Below are positions 17,441 through 25,241 of a stretch of 32,000 nucleotides of DNA, piece by piece. This DNA comes from Candidatus Electrothrix sp. GW3-4 (GTDB lineage: Bacteria; Desulfobacterota; Desulfobulbia; Desulfobulbales; Desulfobulbaceae): assembly GCF_037902255.1 (NCBI RefSeq), contig NZ_CP147990.1, positions 3,060,001 to 3,092,000 on the forward strand, in the 5' to 3' direction. The notes below the pieces were generated by a model. That model did not search any database and was not told the origin of the DNA. It saw nothing but the letters and a program-made list of their open reading frames with translations. Position 1 is the stretch's first letter. Every line of letters begins with the position of its first letter. A program made the position numbers and the translations under genes.

Positions 17441-18457
17441 TTACCGTTTTTGTCTCTGCTTGACGTGTGGACATTCTTCTGGCCGAAACTGTTTGGGAGT
17501 ACGCCGTCGCGGAGGGAAAACAGCGTGTACTTGTGCGACGGAGAGTCGTTTTTCCGGTAACAGCTTCTGCTCAATGATCTCTGAAACTGTTCGGCTCATT
17601 TGTCCATTTTGATCAACACTATGGACAAAGTCAAGATACTCTAAAAAGGTTTGTAGCTCACGCGGTGAGCTGTGGTTGGCCGTGCCATACACGCCGGAGC
17701 GCATAGAACTAAAAATATTTATTGCACCCCGCGCCTCTTCCATAAAATGGTGGGTCAACCATTTTCGCTCAATGTCGTTATATGTTCCCACGCTGATATA
17801 CTCATTTTTGCCTTTTTCAGGATTTGTGTCCGATTCGGCCCGACCGGGTTCGCCGTAATTGGCAAAGCCGGAACAGGTGTTATAGATAATCGCATCGGGG
17901 AGGGCGTTTTTATTGGGCCGATCATTCATGCATCCAGCTTTGATAGCGGGATTGAGGAGACGAAGTTTTGCGGTGAAATCAGTTAAGGTACCGTAATAAG
18001 TTTCAGAGCCGTAACAGGATTCGAAATTATGCCCTCCGACTCTCTCCCGTGAGGCCTCAGCCTCTTGTCGGGACAGCGTGGAATAGCCATCCCAGTTGCC
18101 GTGCCAGACATCATGATGATGTCCCGCGATTTCGTGACCGCTTTTTTTCCAGCGTTCCAGCTCCATGATTCGTTTTTTGTCCGATAAGATATAGTCTGCC
18201 CAGGAAGGAGCAAGCATGATGGTAAGTTTGATTTGATACACATCGGCCTTATCAATCATCTCTTTCAAGATTTCATAGGATTCTTCAATGAAAAATTGAT
18301 TCCATTCATGGTTGTAAGGTTCGTTGTGGATGGCGATAAAGTACCAAGGAATACTGTTGTTTTTTCTTTGCTGTCCCGTCGCCTCACAGCAGGTTGCCGT
18401 TGTCACGGCTATGAGAACGATAACAATTATCCAAATACTTTTTGTGTCGTTTTTCAT
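17441..18457 (-). CDS. Secreted or membrane-anchored hypothetical protein (possibly a polysaccharide-deacetylase/carbohydrate-esterase-like fold)
   Basis: 338 aa. N-terminal signal or anchor: IWIIVIVLIAVTTATCCEA. His-rich motifs (AIHNEPYNH, GHEIAGHHHDVWHG) hint at a metal-dependent hydrolase. The functional guess is weak. GC is lower than the neighbouring genes. Confidence 0.6.
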   Translation of the reverse strand: MKNDTKSIWIIVIVLIAVTTATCCEATGQQRKNNSIPWYFIAIHNEPYNHEWNQFFIEESYEILKEMIDKADVYQIKLTIMLAPSWADYILSDKKRIMELERWKKSGHEIAGHHHDVWHGNWDGYSTLSRQEAEASRERVGGHNFESCYGSETYYGTLTDFTAKLRLLNPAIKAGCMNDRPNKNALPDAIIYNTCSGFANYGEPGRAESDTNPEKGKNEYISVGTYNDIERKWLTHHFMEEARGAINIFSSMRSGVYGTANHSSPRELQTFLEYLDFVHSVDQNGQMSRTVSEIIEQKLLPEKRLSVAQVHAVFPPRRRTPKQFRPEECPHVKQRQKR

Positions 18458-18465
18458 TTGTGTCG

Positions 18466-18493
18466 TTTTATTGATGGAGTTTTATTGATGGAG
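18466..18493. repeat. Perfect 14-bp tandem duplication immediately upstream of the 338-aa gene start
   Basis: TTTTATTGATGGAG occurs twice (18466..18479 and 18480..18493). In addition, TTGTGTCGTTTT occurs at 18442..18453 and 18458..18469, flanking the start codon (CAT at 18455..18457). Confidence 0.9.
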
Positions 18494-18593
18494 TTTTTTC
18501 CGGCGACGCGGCCAACTCCTCATAAAAGCGTAGGAAATAAGTACGTCTGAACCAGCTATCTCTGATATCAAAGTTGACATTATCCATACTGAA

Positions 18594-18624
18594 TCAAAAA
18601 CGCCTTCCCCGGCCTACGGCCGGG
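18594..18624 (-). terminator. Possible terminator downstream of the ASKHA ATPase gene
   Basis: CCCGGCC-tac-GGCCGGG forms a 7-bp GC stem. On the minus strand it is followed by GAAGGCGTTTTTG. It lies about 180 nt past the stop and the T-run is not adjacent to the stem. Confidence 0.35.
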
Positions 18625-18806
18625 AGCAAACTTGGAAGTAACAGCGACATACACGTCATGTTACTTAGAAGAGTAGAAAGAAACAATATGTTTTTATTAA
18701 AAAGTTCGCCTGCCGGTATCACAGAGCAAAATCAGACCGCGCAGTGACAGGGTACCGTTGAATCTCACGGTCAACTGTTCATAAGACAGAACGTTTCCCA
18801 ACTTCT

Positions 18807-20408
18807 CTAGCGAAAACTTGGCACAGAAGGGAACAACTCTGGATCGGTATGGGGGATAAAGCGAGAACCGGAAAAACGGATCATGAATTCTTGGTTTACA
18901 TTCAGCTCAATATAGGTGATCTTACGAGCAATCTCCAAAGAGCGGGCAAAGGCTGTATGATCAAGCAGGATCATCTCGGCTCCGCGCAGAGAGCTGTTGC
19001 CCACCGGCTCAAAGGTGGTCAAAGGGAGGTCCGGCAGCATGCCCAAGGTAATGGCCTGTTGGGGATCAATATGCTTGCCAAAGGCACCGGCCACAGCAAT
19101 TCGGGCCAGATCGCTGAATTCCAAGCCAACCTGATTGATCAGGGTCACTAAAATTGCGTACATGGCCGCTTTGGAGCGCATCATAGCATCCAGGTCAAGC
19201 TGACTGAGCACCACTGGCTCCGCATTCCCCGCCTCCCCGGCAGCAACCACCAAAAAGACCTGTTCACCGCCCATCTCCAGCAGATGCTCCTTAACAAAAC
19301 GTCTCTGCGCTGCTGGCTGGCCCGGAAAGGTCGACTGAAACTTCCCCCGCAGATCAACAATGCGGGCGAGATAGAGCTCTGCCACCAAATCAATCAACCC
19401 GGAACCGCAGAGCCCCAGAGGGGGGGTCTCATTGATACTGCGCCAATCGAGCTGCCAAGTATTCCGATCAATGGCCACATGCTCGACAGCCCCGCTGGCA
19501 GCTCGCATCCCCATCCGGGCCACCCCGCCCTCCAGGGCTGGCCCCGCAGCCCCGGCACAGGCGATCAGCCACTCGCTATTGCCCATGACCACCTCGGCAT
19601 TGGTGCCCACATCAATGAGCATGCAGGTCTCCTCTGCCTGATCAAGCCCCGTCGCCAGGATACCGGAGATCAGGTCGCCACCAAAATAACTGCCCCGCCC
19701 CGGCAAGACCCGGACCGTTGCCTGTTTATGGAGCTTTAGGCCGATCTCCTGGGCCAAGAAAGGATCAGGGGCATTGACCAAGGGGATGTAGGGCTCCCGG
19801 CAAATATGCCGTGGACTGATCCCGAGCAGGAGATGCACCATAGTGGTATTGCCAGAGACAGCCACGGCCTGCACATCCTGCGCTTTGACCTCTGCCTCCT
19901 GACAGAGCTCATCAAGCAATCCATTAATGGAGACGATAACCGCCTCCTGAAGCAGAGCAAGCCCCTTCCCTCCTTCATCCTTTCGCTCGGCAAAGTGAAT
20001 TCGAGTGAGGATGTCTGCTCCATGAGTCACCTGACGATTGAGGGCAGCACCACGGGCCAGGGTATCTCCAGTTAAGCAATCCAGCAGGGTTGCCTCCAAA
20101 TGGGTGGACCCGAGATCAAGGGCCAAAACGGGCAGAGATTTCGGTGGTTCTGCAACAAAGTCAACCAGAACAAGGTGATCATGCTCATAGTGGACTATTA
20201 CATAGCCCGTAAAATCAGCAGCCCTGAACGAGGCCGCAATTTCGACTATACAGGCAAAGGGAATATGGACCGAACAACTGCGCAATTGCGCTGGCAGCGA
20301 TTCAGTCAGCGCCGCCTTCAATCGATCAAGGTCAGCCGTGTTATCATGCAGGCTCGGTTGGACCGCTTCCACCCGAATAAGGGCTACCAAGGGTATTGTT
20401 TTCAGCAA
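18807..20408 (-). CDS. ASKHA-fold ATPase of the DUF4445/RACo-like family (related to the reductive activator of corrinoid proteins), lacking an N-terminal 2Fe-2S domain
   Basis: 533 aa. LALDLGSTHLEATLLD is the phosphate-1 motif. Also present: AVSGNTTMVHLLLGISP, LIDVGTNAEVVMGN, ACAGAAGPALEGGVARMGMRA. No CxxxxCxxC ferredoxin motif occurs in the first ~90 aa. Family recall from memory. Confidence 0.6.
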   Translation of the reverse strand: MLKTIPLVALIRVEAVQPSLHDNTADLDRLKAALTESLPAQLRSCSVHIPFACIVEIAASFRAADFTGYVIVHYEHDHLVLVDFVAEPPKSLPVLALDLGSTHLEATLLDCLTGDTLARGAALNRQVTHGADILTRIHFAERKDEGGKGLALLQEAVIVSINGLLDELCQEAEVKAQDVQAVAVSGNTTMVHLLLGISPRHICREPYIPLVNAPDPFLAQEIGLKLHKQATVRVLPGRGSYFGGDLISGILATGLDQAEETCMLIDVGTNAEVVMGNSEWLIACAGAAGPALEGGVARMGMRAASGAVEHVAIDRNTWQLDWRSINETPPLGLCGSGLIDLVAELYLARIVDLRGKFQSTFPGQPAAQRRFVKEHLLEMGGEQVFLVVAAGEAGNAEPVVLSQLDLDAMMRSKAAMYAILVTLINQVGLEFSDLARIAVAGAFGKHIDPQQAITLGMLPDLPLTTFEPVGNSSLRGAEMILLDHTAFARSLEIARKITYIELNVNQEFMIRFSGSRFIPHTDPELFPSVPSFR

Positions 20409-20829
20409 AAAAAGACCTCCATCATCATGAAAACTGTACTCCCCCTTTTTTTACAAGGGAGAGCAGAGAAAAAAGGTAATTTCAGCCCACTTCAATGAAC
20501 AGCCCTGCTGCAGCCTCGGTGCTTGCAGAAAAAGGTTATCCCTTTTGCACCGGTAATACTTGACTGAACATCCTGCAACGGGTACTTACTGTACTAGCGT
20601 TGCAGGCGAGAATACACTCGGAGCTTATAGAGGAGCTTATGTATGAACACCTCTTCCTGAAAAAACAAAAGGCGTTCACTCGTTGCTGCGCAATAAACCA
20701 TAAAAAAACAGGACAAGCAAACAGGATCATCGCTCTTATAATCGAACAGAAAAGGTGAGCAGTTCTCCTGCCAGCCTGTTTCCTCTTGCAATCTGTGTAC
20801 CCATATTTTTTTCGAATCTCTGCAACATT

Positions 20830-21912
20830 GTGAATCTGCTAACACGTTATATCCTGCTTCAATTCTTCAAAAATATCATGATGCTCATCCTGAGCTTCAT
20901 TGCCATCTACCTGCTCATTGATTTTTTTGAAAAGATCGACAATTTCATGGAAAAGGGCAAATCCATGGCCCTGGTGGGCAAGTTCTTCCTGCTTTCCATC
21001 CCCTTTATTGTTGAACAGATGGGCCCGGTCTGTATCCTCTTGGCCGGAGTCGTGACCTTTGGGGTGCTCAATCATTCCAACGAGCTGATTGCACTCAAAT
21101 CCTGTGGTATTCCCTTAAAAAAAATTGCTGCCCCGATCATTGCTGGTGGCATGGTCGCGACCCTGCTCCTCCTCTCCTTATCACAATTCGTCCTGCCAAG
21201 GACGGTCTCACAGACCAACAGGATATGGAATAAAGAGGTCAAAGGAAGGGTCTCTCTGGGCATCTATCGTAACGGTCGCTATTATTATCAGGGCAATGAT
21301 CATTTTTACTCCTTTGCCCGCCCAGACCCAAACCAGAATATCTTTCCCTTTTTCTCCTATGCTTCCTGGAACAGCCGCTACGAGCTGACCGCCCTGGTCT
21401 CCTCTGAGCATGCCTCCTGGAAGGATGGCGCTTGGACCCTGGAAAACGGGCAGGTGCAATACGCCAAGGGAAAAGATATTTTTAAAACAGAGGTCTTTAG
21501 GGAACGCAGCTTTAACTTTAGCGAAACACCAGGCGATTTCTTTATCCCGCAGTATCGGAGTAACGAGCTCTCGTTAGCAGAACTGTACCGCGATGCCCTC
21601 CATCAGGAAGCGCCGGAAGAATGCACCATGGCCTGGGCCAATTTTTATGGCCGAATCTCCTATATACTCCTAGGGATACCTCTGCTTCTGCTTGGTCTGC
21701 CTATGTTATTGATGGTCTACCGCAAATGGGGCCGCGACCTTTCCTTGGCCATACCAGTCAGTTGCGGACTGGCCTTTGTCTGCTGGGGATGCTGGGGAAC
21801 CCTGCAATCGCTCGCCAAAACCGGATATATTCCTCCCCTTGCAGCGGCCATCTTCATCCATATCGCCGTGGGATTATTGGGTTTTACCTTGCTATTTCGA
21901 GAGGATACCTGA
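20830..21912 (+). CDS. LptF/LptG-family (YjgP/YjgQ) LPS export permease
   Basis: The ORF frame is open from 20755. The family-typical N-terminus MNLLTRYILLQFFKNIMM begins at in-frame GTG 20830 (start uncertain). There are six predicted TM segments with a large periplasmic loop (NRIWNKEVKGRVSLGIYRNGRYYYQGNDHFY...). Confidence 0.8.
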   Translation: MNLLTRYILLQFFKNIMMLILSFIAIYLLIDFFEKIDNFMEKGKSMALVGKFFLLSIPFIVEQMGPVCILLAGVVTFGVLNHSNELIALKSCGIPLKKIAAPIIAGGMVATLLLLSLSQFVLPRTVSQTNRIWNKEVKGRVSLGIYRNGRYYYQGNDHFYSFARPDPNQNIFPFFSYASWNSRYELTALVSSEHASWKDGAWTLENGQVQYAKGKDIFKTEVFRERSFNFSETPGDFFIPQYRSNELSLAELYRDALHQEAPEECTMAWANFYGRISYILLGIPLLLLGLPMLLMVYRKWGRDLSLAIPVSCGLAFVCWGCWGTLQSLAKTGYIPPLAAAIFIHIAVGLLGFTLLFREDT

Positions 21913-22688
21913 TGAAAAAAATAATCGGTATAGTTGGAGTCCCCCCTCTGGAGATCATCCAAAAAATCAATGAAGAGCAGGGAAAGATCGTTGATCTTGA
22001 CGAGCCACAACTGCCCCTGCCCATGAACCGAGAGACCCACCTCCCCCAGGTATATTGCGCCATTCTGCGCACCGTGCTCCTCAACGCCATGAACATGGCG
22101 CTGGATCGGGTCTATGTTGATGTGGGACCGGGGAAATGTGACTGCGCCCTCCATGTTGCCACTGTTTTGCAGCATTTCCTGACGACCCCGGTTATCACTA
22201 CCCGGAACCGGGACAACAAAGGCTTTGGTTTTCCCATCTGTCGGAGTAGCCTGCCATTGCTTGAAAAGCTCCAGGCGATTACCCAAGGGGTCCAATCCTG
22301 CGCGCCCTCTCCTGATTACTCTCCCTCTGTCCCTACCGCTGGCTTCTGGGGGGTGCCACCTCGGGATTTTGCCCTGCTCTCTCTGTTCCCGGACAGCACC
22401 CATGTCTATGGCTGGAGTCGCTGTATGGAAAATAAGACCCCTGCTGATACTGAGCTTGAATCCTATTACAATCCTGCTGTACCCACGGTTTTCTTTGCCC
22501 AGTCTTTTTGCGCCAAGACAGCCCTGGCCAAACATCTGGCTGAGCGCCACCCCAAAGGACTCTATGTAGATTGCGATGTCAATGCCAGCTCCAGTGTCCG
22601 GGCTAAGATTGAGGCCTTTCTTGAACTCTCTCAGGAAGCCTCCCCCGCTGACGATAGCGGTTCAGGAGACGACCATGTTGCTGGCTGA
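21912..22688 (+). CDS. Cys-containing hypothetical protein, possibly 2-hydroxyacyl-CoA dehydratase (HGD-D)-family-like
   Basis: ATG 21912 overlaps the lptF/G-like stop (TGATG). 258 aa: MKKIIGIVGVPPLEIIQKINE...THLPQVYCAILRTVL...GPGKCDCALHV. The family resemblance is weak and from memory. It is paired with an activase-like gene. The ORF-track start at 21621 is rejected because it overlaps the previous gene. Confidence 0.4.
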   Translation: MKKIIGIVGVPPLEIIQKINEEQGKIVDLDEPQLPLPMNRETHLPQVYCAILRTVLLNAMNMALDRVYVDVGPGKCDCALHVATVLQHFLTTPVITTRNRDNKGFGFPICRSSLPLLEKLQAITQGVQSCAPSPDYSPSVPTAGFWGVPPRDFALLSLFPDSTHVYGWSRCMENKTPADTELESYYNPAVPTVFFAQSFCAKTALAKHLAERHPKGLYVDCDVNASSSVRAKIEAFLELSQEASPADDSGSGDDHVAG

Positions 22689-23346
22689 TTTCGGGACCTC
22701 GTACACCAAACTTCTGACAAGGGATGGGGAGGACAACAAACCACGTATTATTCCTACCCGTGAACTTGCCCCCACCTTCATGGCCGATCTCGCCACCGGT
22801 CATAACGCCAAGCGACGCGGCAGGGAATCTATAAATGAACTCATTGCCTTGGCCAAAGGTGGTCGTCGTTTGATTATAGAGCCGGACGCCGTCCTCCTTG
22901 ACTGCGGGAGTCGGGATATCAAGTTTATTCGTTACCAGGGGGGGGAAGTAGCGGACATGGGCTGGAATGCAGAATGTGGGGCCTCAATGGGCTTTACCAT
23001 TGAATTGCTGCAATCCTATTACCAAATTGATTACAGCACAGTGCCTATCCCGGACACGGGATTCTCCGTCACCTGTGGGGTCCTTGGCATGAGCAATATC
23101 TTTGATGCGGTGGTGACAGGAAGTTCAGAGACCGAGGCGGTGGCCAAATTTGTCCGGGGCATTGCCCGTAATGCCTTCCGCTTTGCCGGTTCCCCGGATA
23201 AACTCTATCTCTCCGGTGGCCTCTGCGATAACCCGCTCTTTCTCGGCTGCTTTCCCTGTGAGGTCGTTCCTCTGGGCAGATTTGTCCTGCTGAACGGCCT
23301 CCTGGGGCATCTGAGAAGCAAAGAAGATATCTCCTCACCCCAGTAA
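22675..23346 (+). CDS. BadF/BadG/BcrA/BcrD-type ASKHA ATPase (dehydratase 'activase'-like)
   Basis: Start taken at ATG 22675, a 14-nt overlap with the upstream gene. LLADFGTSYTKLL resembles the DxGSTxxK phosphate-1 motif. NAECGASMGFTIELL and SVTCGVLGMSNIFDAV align with the two cluster-binding Cys motifs of HgdC-type activases. LYLSGGLCDNPLF is also present. Confidence 0.55.
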   Translation: MLLADFGTSYTKLLTRDGEDNKPRIIPTRELAPTFMADLATGHNAKRRGRESINELIALAKGGRRLIIEPDAVLLDCGSRDIKFIRYQGGEVADMGWNAECGASMGFTIELLQSYYQIDYSTVPIPDTGFSVTCGVLGMSNIFDAVVTGSSETEAVAKFVRGIARNAFRFAGSPDKLYLSGGLCDNPLFLGCFPCEVVPLGRFVLLNGLLGHLRSKEDISSPQ

Positions 23347-23373
23347 TCTCTCAGCGAGAGTCACGGAGCAGCG

Positions 23374-24408
23374 CTACTTGCTCCGCCGCCGCTTCTGAAA
23401 AGTGTACACCGCCCGGTTATGCTCTTTCAGCGTCCTGGAAAAATGATGACTGCCGTCATTGCGAGAGACAAAATAAAGGTAAGAGACTTTGGCCGGGGAC
23501 AAAACCGCCTTGATGGCCGCTGCTCCAGGATTACAGATGGGGCCAGCAGGCAGGCCGGAAATAACATAGGTATTATAAGGGGTCCTGCGTTGGAGGTCGG
23601 CTCTGGTCAGGTTGCCGTTAAAATCCTTTATGCCGTAAATGGTGGTGGGATCAGACTGGAGCCGCATCCCCTTTTTGAGACGATTATAGAACACACCAGC
23701 AATGACATCCCGCTCCCCGGCTGAACCGGTTTCCTTTTCCACGATGGAAGCCAGGGTCAGGAGCTGATGCCGACTATACTTCTTCTTTGATCCTGTTTTG
23801 TTTCGCCCTCCTTTGGTGGTCGCCGCCACCTCATCCCAAACAGCCCAAAAGCGTTGCACCATCATCCTGATAAGTTTTTTTTCATTCATCTCACCGCGAA
23901 CCAGGGTGTAGGTCTCTGGAAAGAGGTAGCCCTCCAGAGAGCCTGCTTGTATTCCCAGCTCTTTCAAAAAGGCTGCATCCTGACAAAGCTGGAGAAAGAT
24001 CTCCTGATCCACCCAATTATCTTCAGCAAAGATGGCAGCGATCTCTGTCATCCTTTTTCCTTCCGGTACGGTGACCAGGTGGCGGACTGGCTGGGCTGTA
24101 TCCAGGAAACGAATCACCTCCAACGGCGTCAGGCCCTGGGGCACCTCAAACTCACCGGCCCGCAGGCGCGGTGGATGCTCAATTACATGAAAGAGCCGGG
24201 CCAGGATCAGAAAACGAATATCGCCAGCAATGATCTCTTCCTGGGCAAGGATAGTCTGGATCTGGCGGACACCAGCTCCTTTAGGAATATCAATGATGGT
24301 TTCTTCCACACCAGGAAAAGGCGTAAAGACATACGCAGCAAACCAACCACCGACTGCCAGGGAAATAAGAAAAACAAATAAAAAGAAAAAAGAGCAGAAT
24401 GAACGCAT
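23374..24408 (-). CDS. mltG: Endolytic murein transglycosylase MltG (YceG family)
   Basis: 344 aa with an N-terminal TM anchor. YNTYVISGLPAGPICNPGAAAIKAVLSP and LYFVSRNDGSHHFSRTLKEHNRAV are YceG hallmarks. Confidence 0.9.
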   Translation of the reverse strand: MRSFCSFFFLFVFLISLAVGGWFAAYVFTPFPGVEETIIDIPKGAGVRQIQTILAQEEIIAGDIRFLILARLFHVIEHPPRLRAGEFEVPQGLTPLEVIRFLDTAQPVRHLVTVPEGKRMTEIAAIFAEDNWVDQEIFLQLCQDAAFLKELGIQAGSLEGYLFPETYTLVRGEMNEKKLIRMMVQRFWAVWDEVAATTKGGRNKTGSKKKYSRHQLLTLASIVEKETGSAGERDVIAGVFYNRLKKGMRLQSDPTTIYGIKDFNGNLTRADLQRRTPYNTYVISGLPAGPICNPGAAAIKAVLSPAKVSYLYFVSRNDGSHHFSRTLKEHNRAVYTFQKRRRSK

Positions 24409-24443
24409 GAAGGTCTATTAATCGTAATCTTGGGACAGGCCTT

Positions 24444-24884
24444 TTAATGAGCAGCCTGTTTTTTTGCCCACCATTGGGGGAGGTTGGGGTTAATCCGTTG
24501 CCAGAACACACCGTGATAGAACGGGAGACGCATTTGCAGCACGGTAAGAACTGCTGTGAGAGCCAGCGTAATCAAAACAGTCCCCAGCCAATTTGGAAGA
24601 CGGAACAGCAGCGTACTCACTGAGAAGCAAAGAAAAAGCACTGCCCAGATCAGCTCAAAACGACGGCACATACGCAGCACATTGCAGAACAGAAAAAAAT
24701 GGGCAAGGGTGAAAAAGACGACCAGCCCCAACGGATTCTCCCTGCTGTACAGCAGGGATGACGACACCGCCCCTACGAGCAGAACAATGACATCGCTGAC
24801 AGAAAAAGCCTGAATCCGGGGCGAAATGCTGGCGTAGTCACCTTTTCTCTCCTTCTCAGTCGTAGATACTGTTATCCCCGTCAA
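24444..24884 (-). CDS. Small integral membrane protein (about 4 TM), function unknown
   Basis: 146-aa ORF with a TTG start (uncertain). Hydrophobic segments: VIVLLVGAVSSSLL, LGLVVFFTLAHFFLFCNVL, LIWAVLFLCFSVSTLLF, LGTVLITLALTAVLTVL. Confidence 0.5.
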   Translation of the reverse strand: MTGITVSTTEKERKGDYASISPRIQAFSVSDVIVLLVGAVSSSLLYSRENPLGLVVFFTLAHFFLFCNVLRMCRRFELIWAVLFLCFSVSTLLFRLPNWLGTVLITLALTAVLTVLQMRLPFYHGVFWQRINPNLPQWWAKKQAAH

Positions 24885-25165
24885 GCATTTTTTTGTGTAG
24901 CATGGGCCTCAAAGCAGTCAAGGCCATGCCCTTCGGGTGCTCGCTCGGGCTCGCAGCCCTGACAGCTTTTCGTTCCTGCGCTGAACCTGAAAGCGGCGAC
25001 GCGGAGGAGCGCCTCCGGCGGGGCTCGGACAAAAGAGCTGACTGCGGAAAAACAGTATATTATATGTTCGGTTCGTGCGTATTAGACCGCGTTATGCAGA
25101 GCGGCGTCCGGTTCTCCTTTTATCGGGATGAACCATGGTAACTCATCCCAATTTTATAATACAAG

Positions 25166-25187
25166 GGGCAGACCCGCGTGTCTGCCC
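25166..25187 (+). repeat. REP-like hairpin (inverted orientation copy)
   Basis: GGGCAGAC-ccgcgt-GTCTGCCC is an 8-bp stem preceded by G, so it reads aaGGGGCAGAC on the + strand. Confidence 0.5.
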
Positions 25188-25200
25188 GTAATGAGGCCTG

Positions 25201-25235
25201 GAAAATAAAGGGCAACCACACAGGGTTGCCCCTAC
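25201..25235 (-). terminator. Terminator of the cob operon, built on a REP-like hairpin
   Basis: The minus strand reads GTAGGGGCAACC-CTGTGT-GGTTGCCC, followed by TTTATTTTCC, starting 7 nt after the cobD::cobQ stop. Confidence 0.65.
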
Positions 25236-25241
25236 AATTTA

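Noticed and set aside
20572-20758. 9-bp perfect hairpin (CCTGCAACG...CGTTGCAGG, 20572..20606), a GGAGCTTAT direct repeat, and a 39-codon ORF (ATG 20639..TGA 20758) upstream of the lptF/G-like gene.
   Set aside because: The small ORF has only 3-nt spacing from its GGAG, and its peptide (MYEHLFLKKQKAFTRCCAINHKK...) is unremarkable. I see no evidence beyond chance. The hairpin may be a leader structure, but I cannot support a call.
21621-21911. N-terminal extensions in the ORF track: 21621 for the 21912 gene, 167 for trmD, 1499 for rplS, 30612 for cobU and 22576 for the activase-like gene.
   Set aside because: The extensions overlap upstream genes or lack family-like sequence. Conserved N-termini and good ribosome-binding sites or coupling overlaps support the downstream starts.
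24893-25141. 82-aa + strand ORF between the membrane-protein gene and the cob operon.
   Set aside because: It has no ribosome-binding site and its sequence is dominated by translated hairpin arms. I treat the region as structured non-coding DNA instead.
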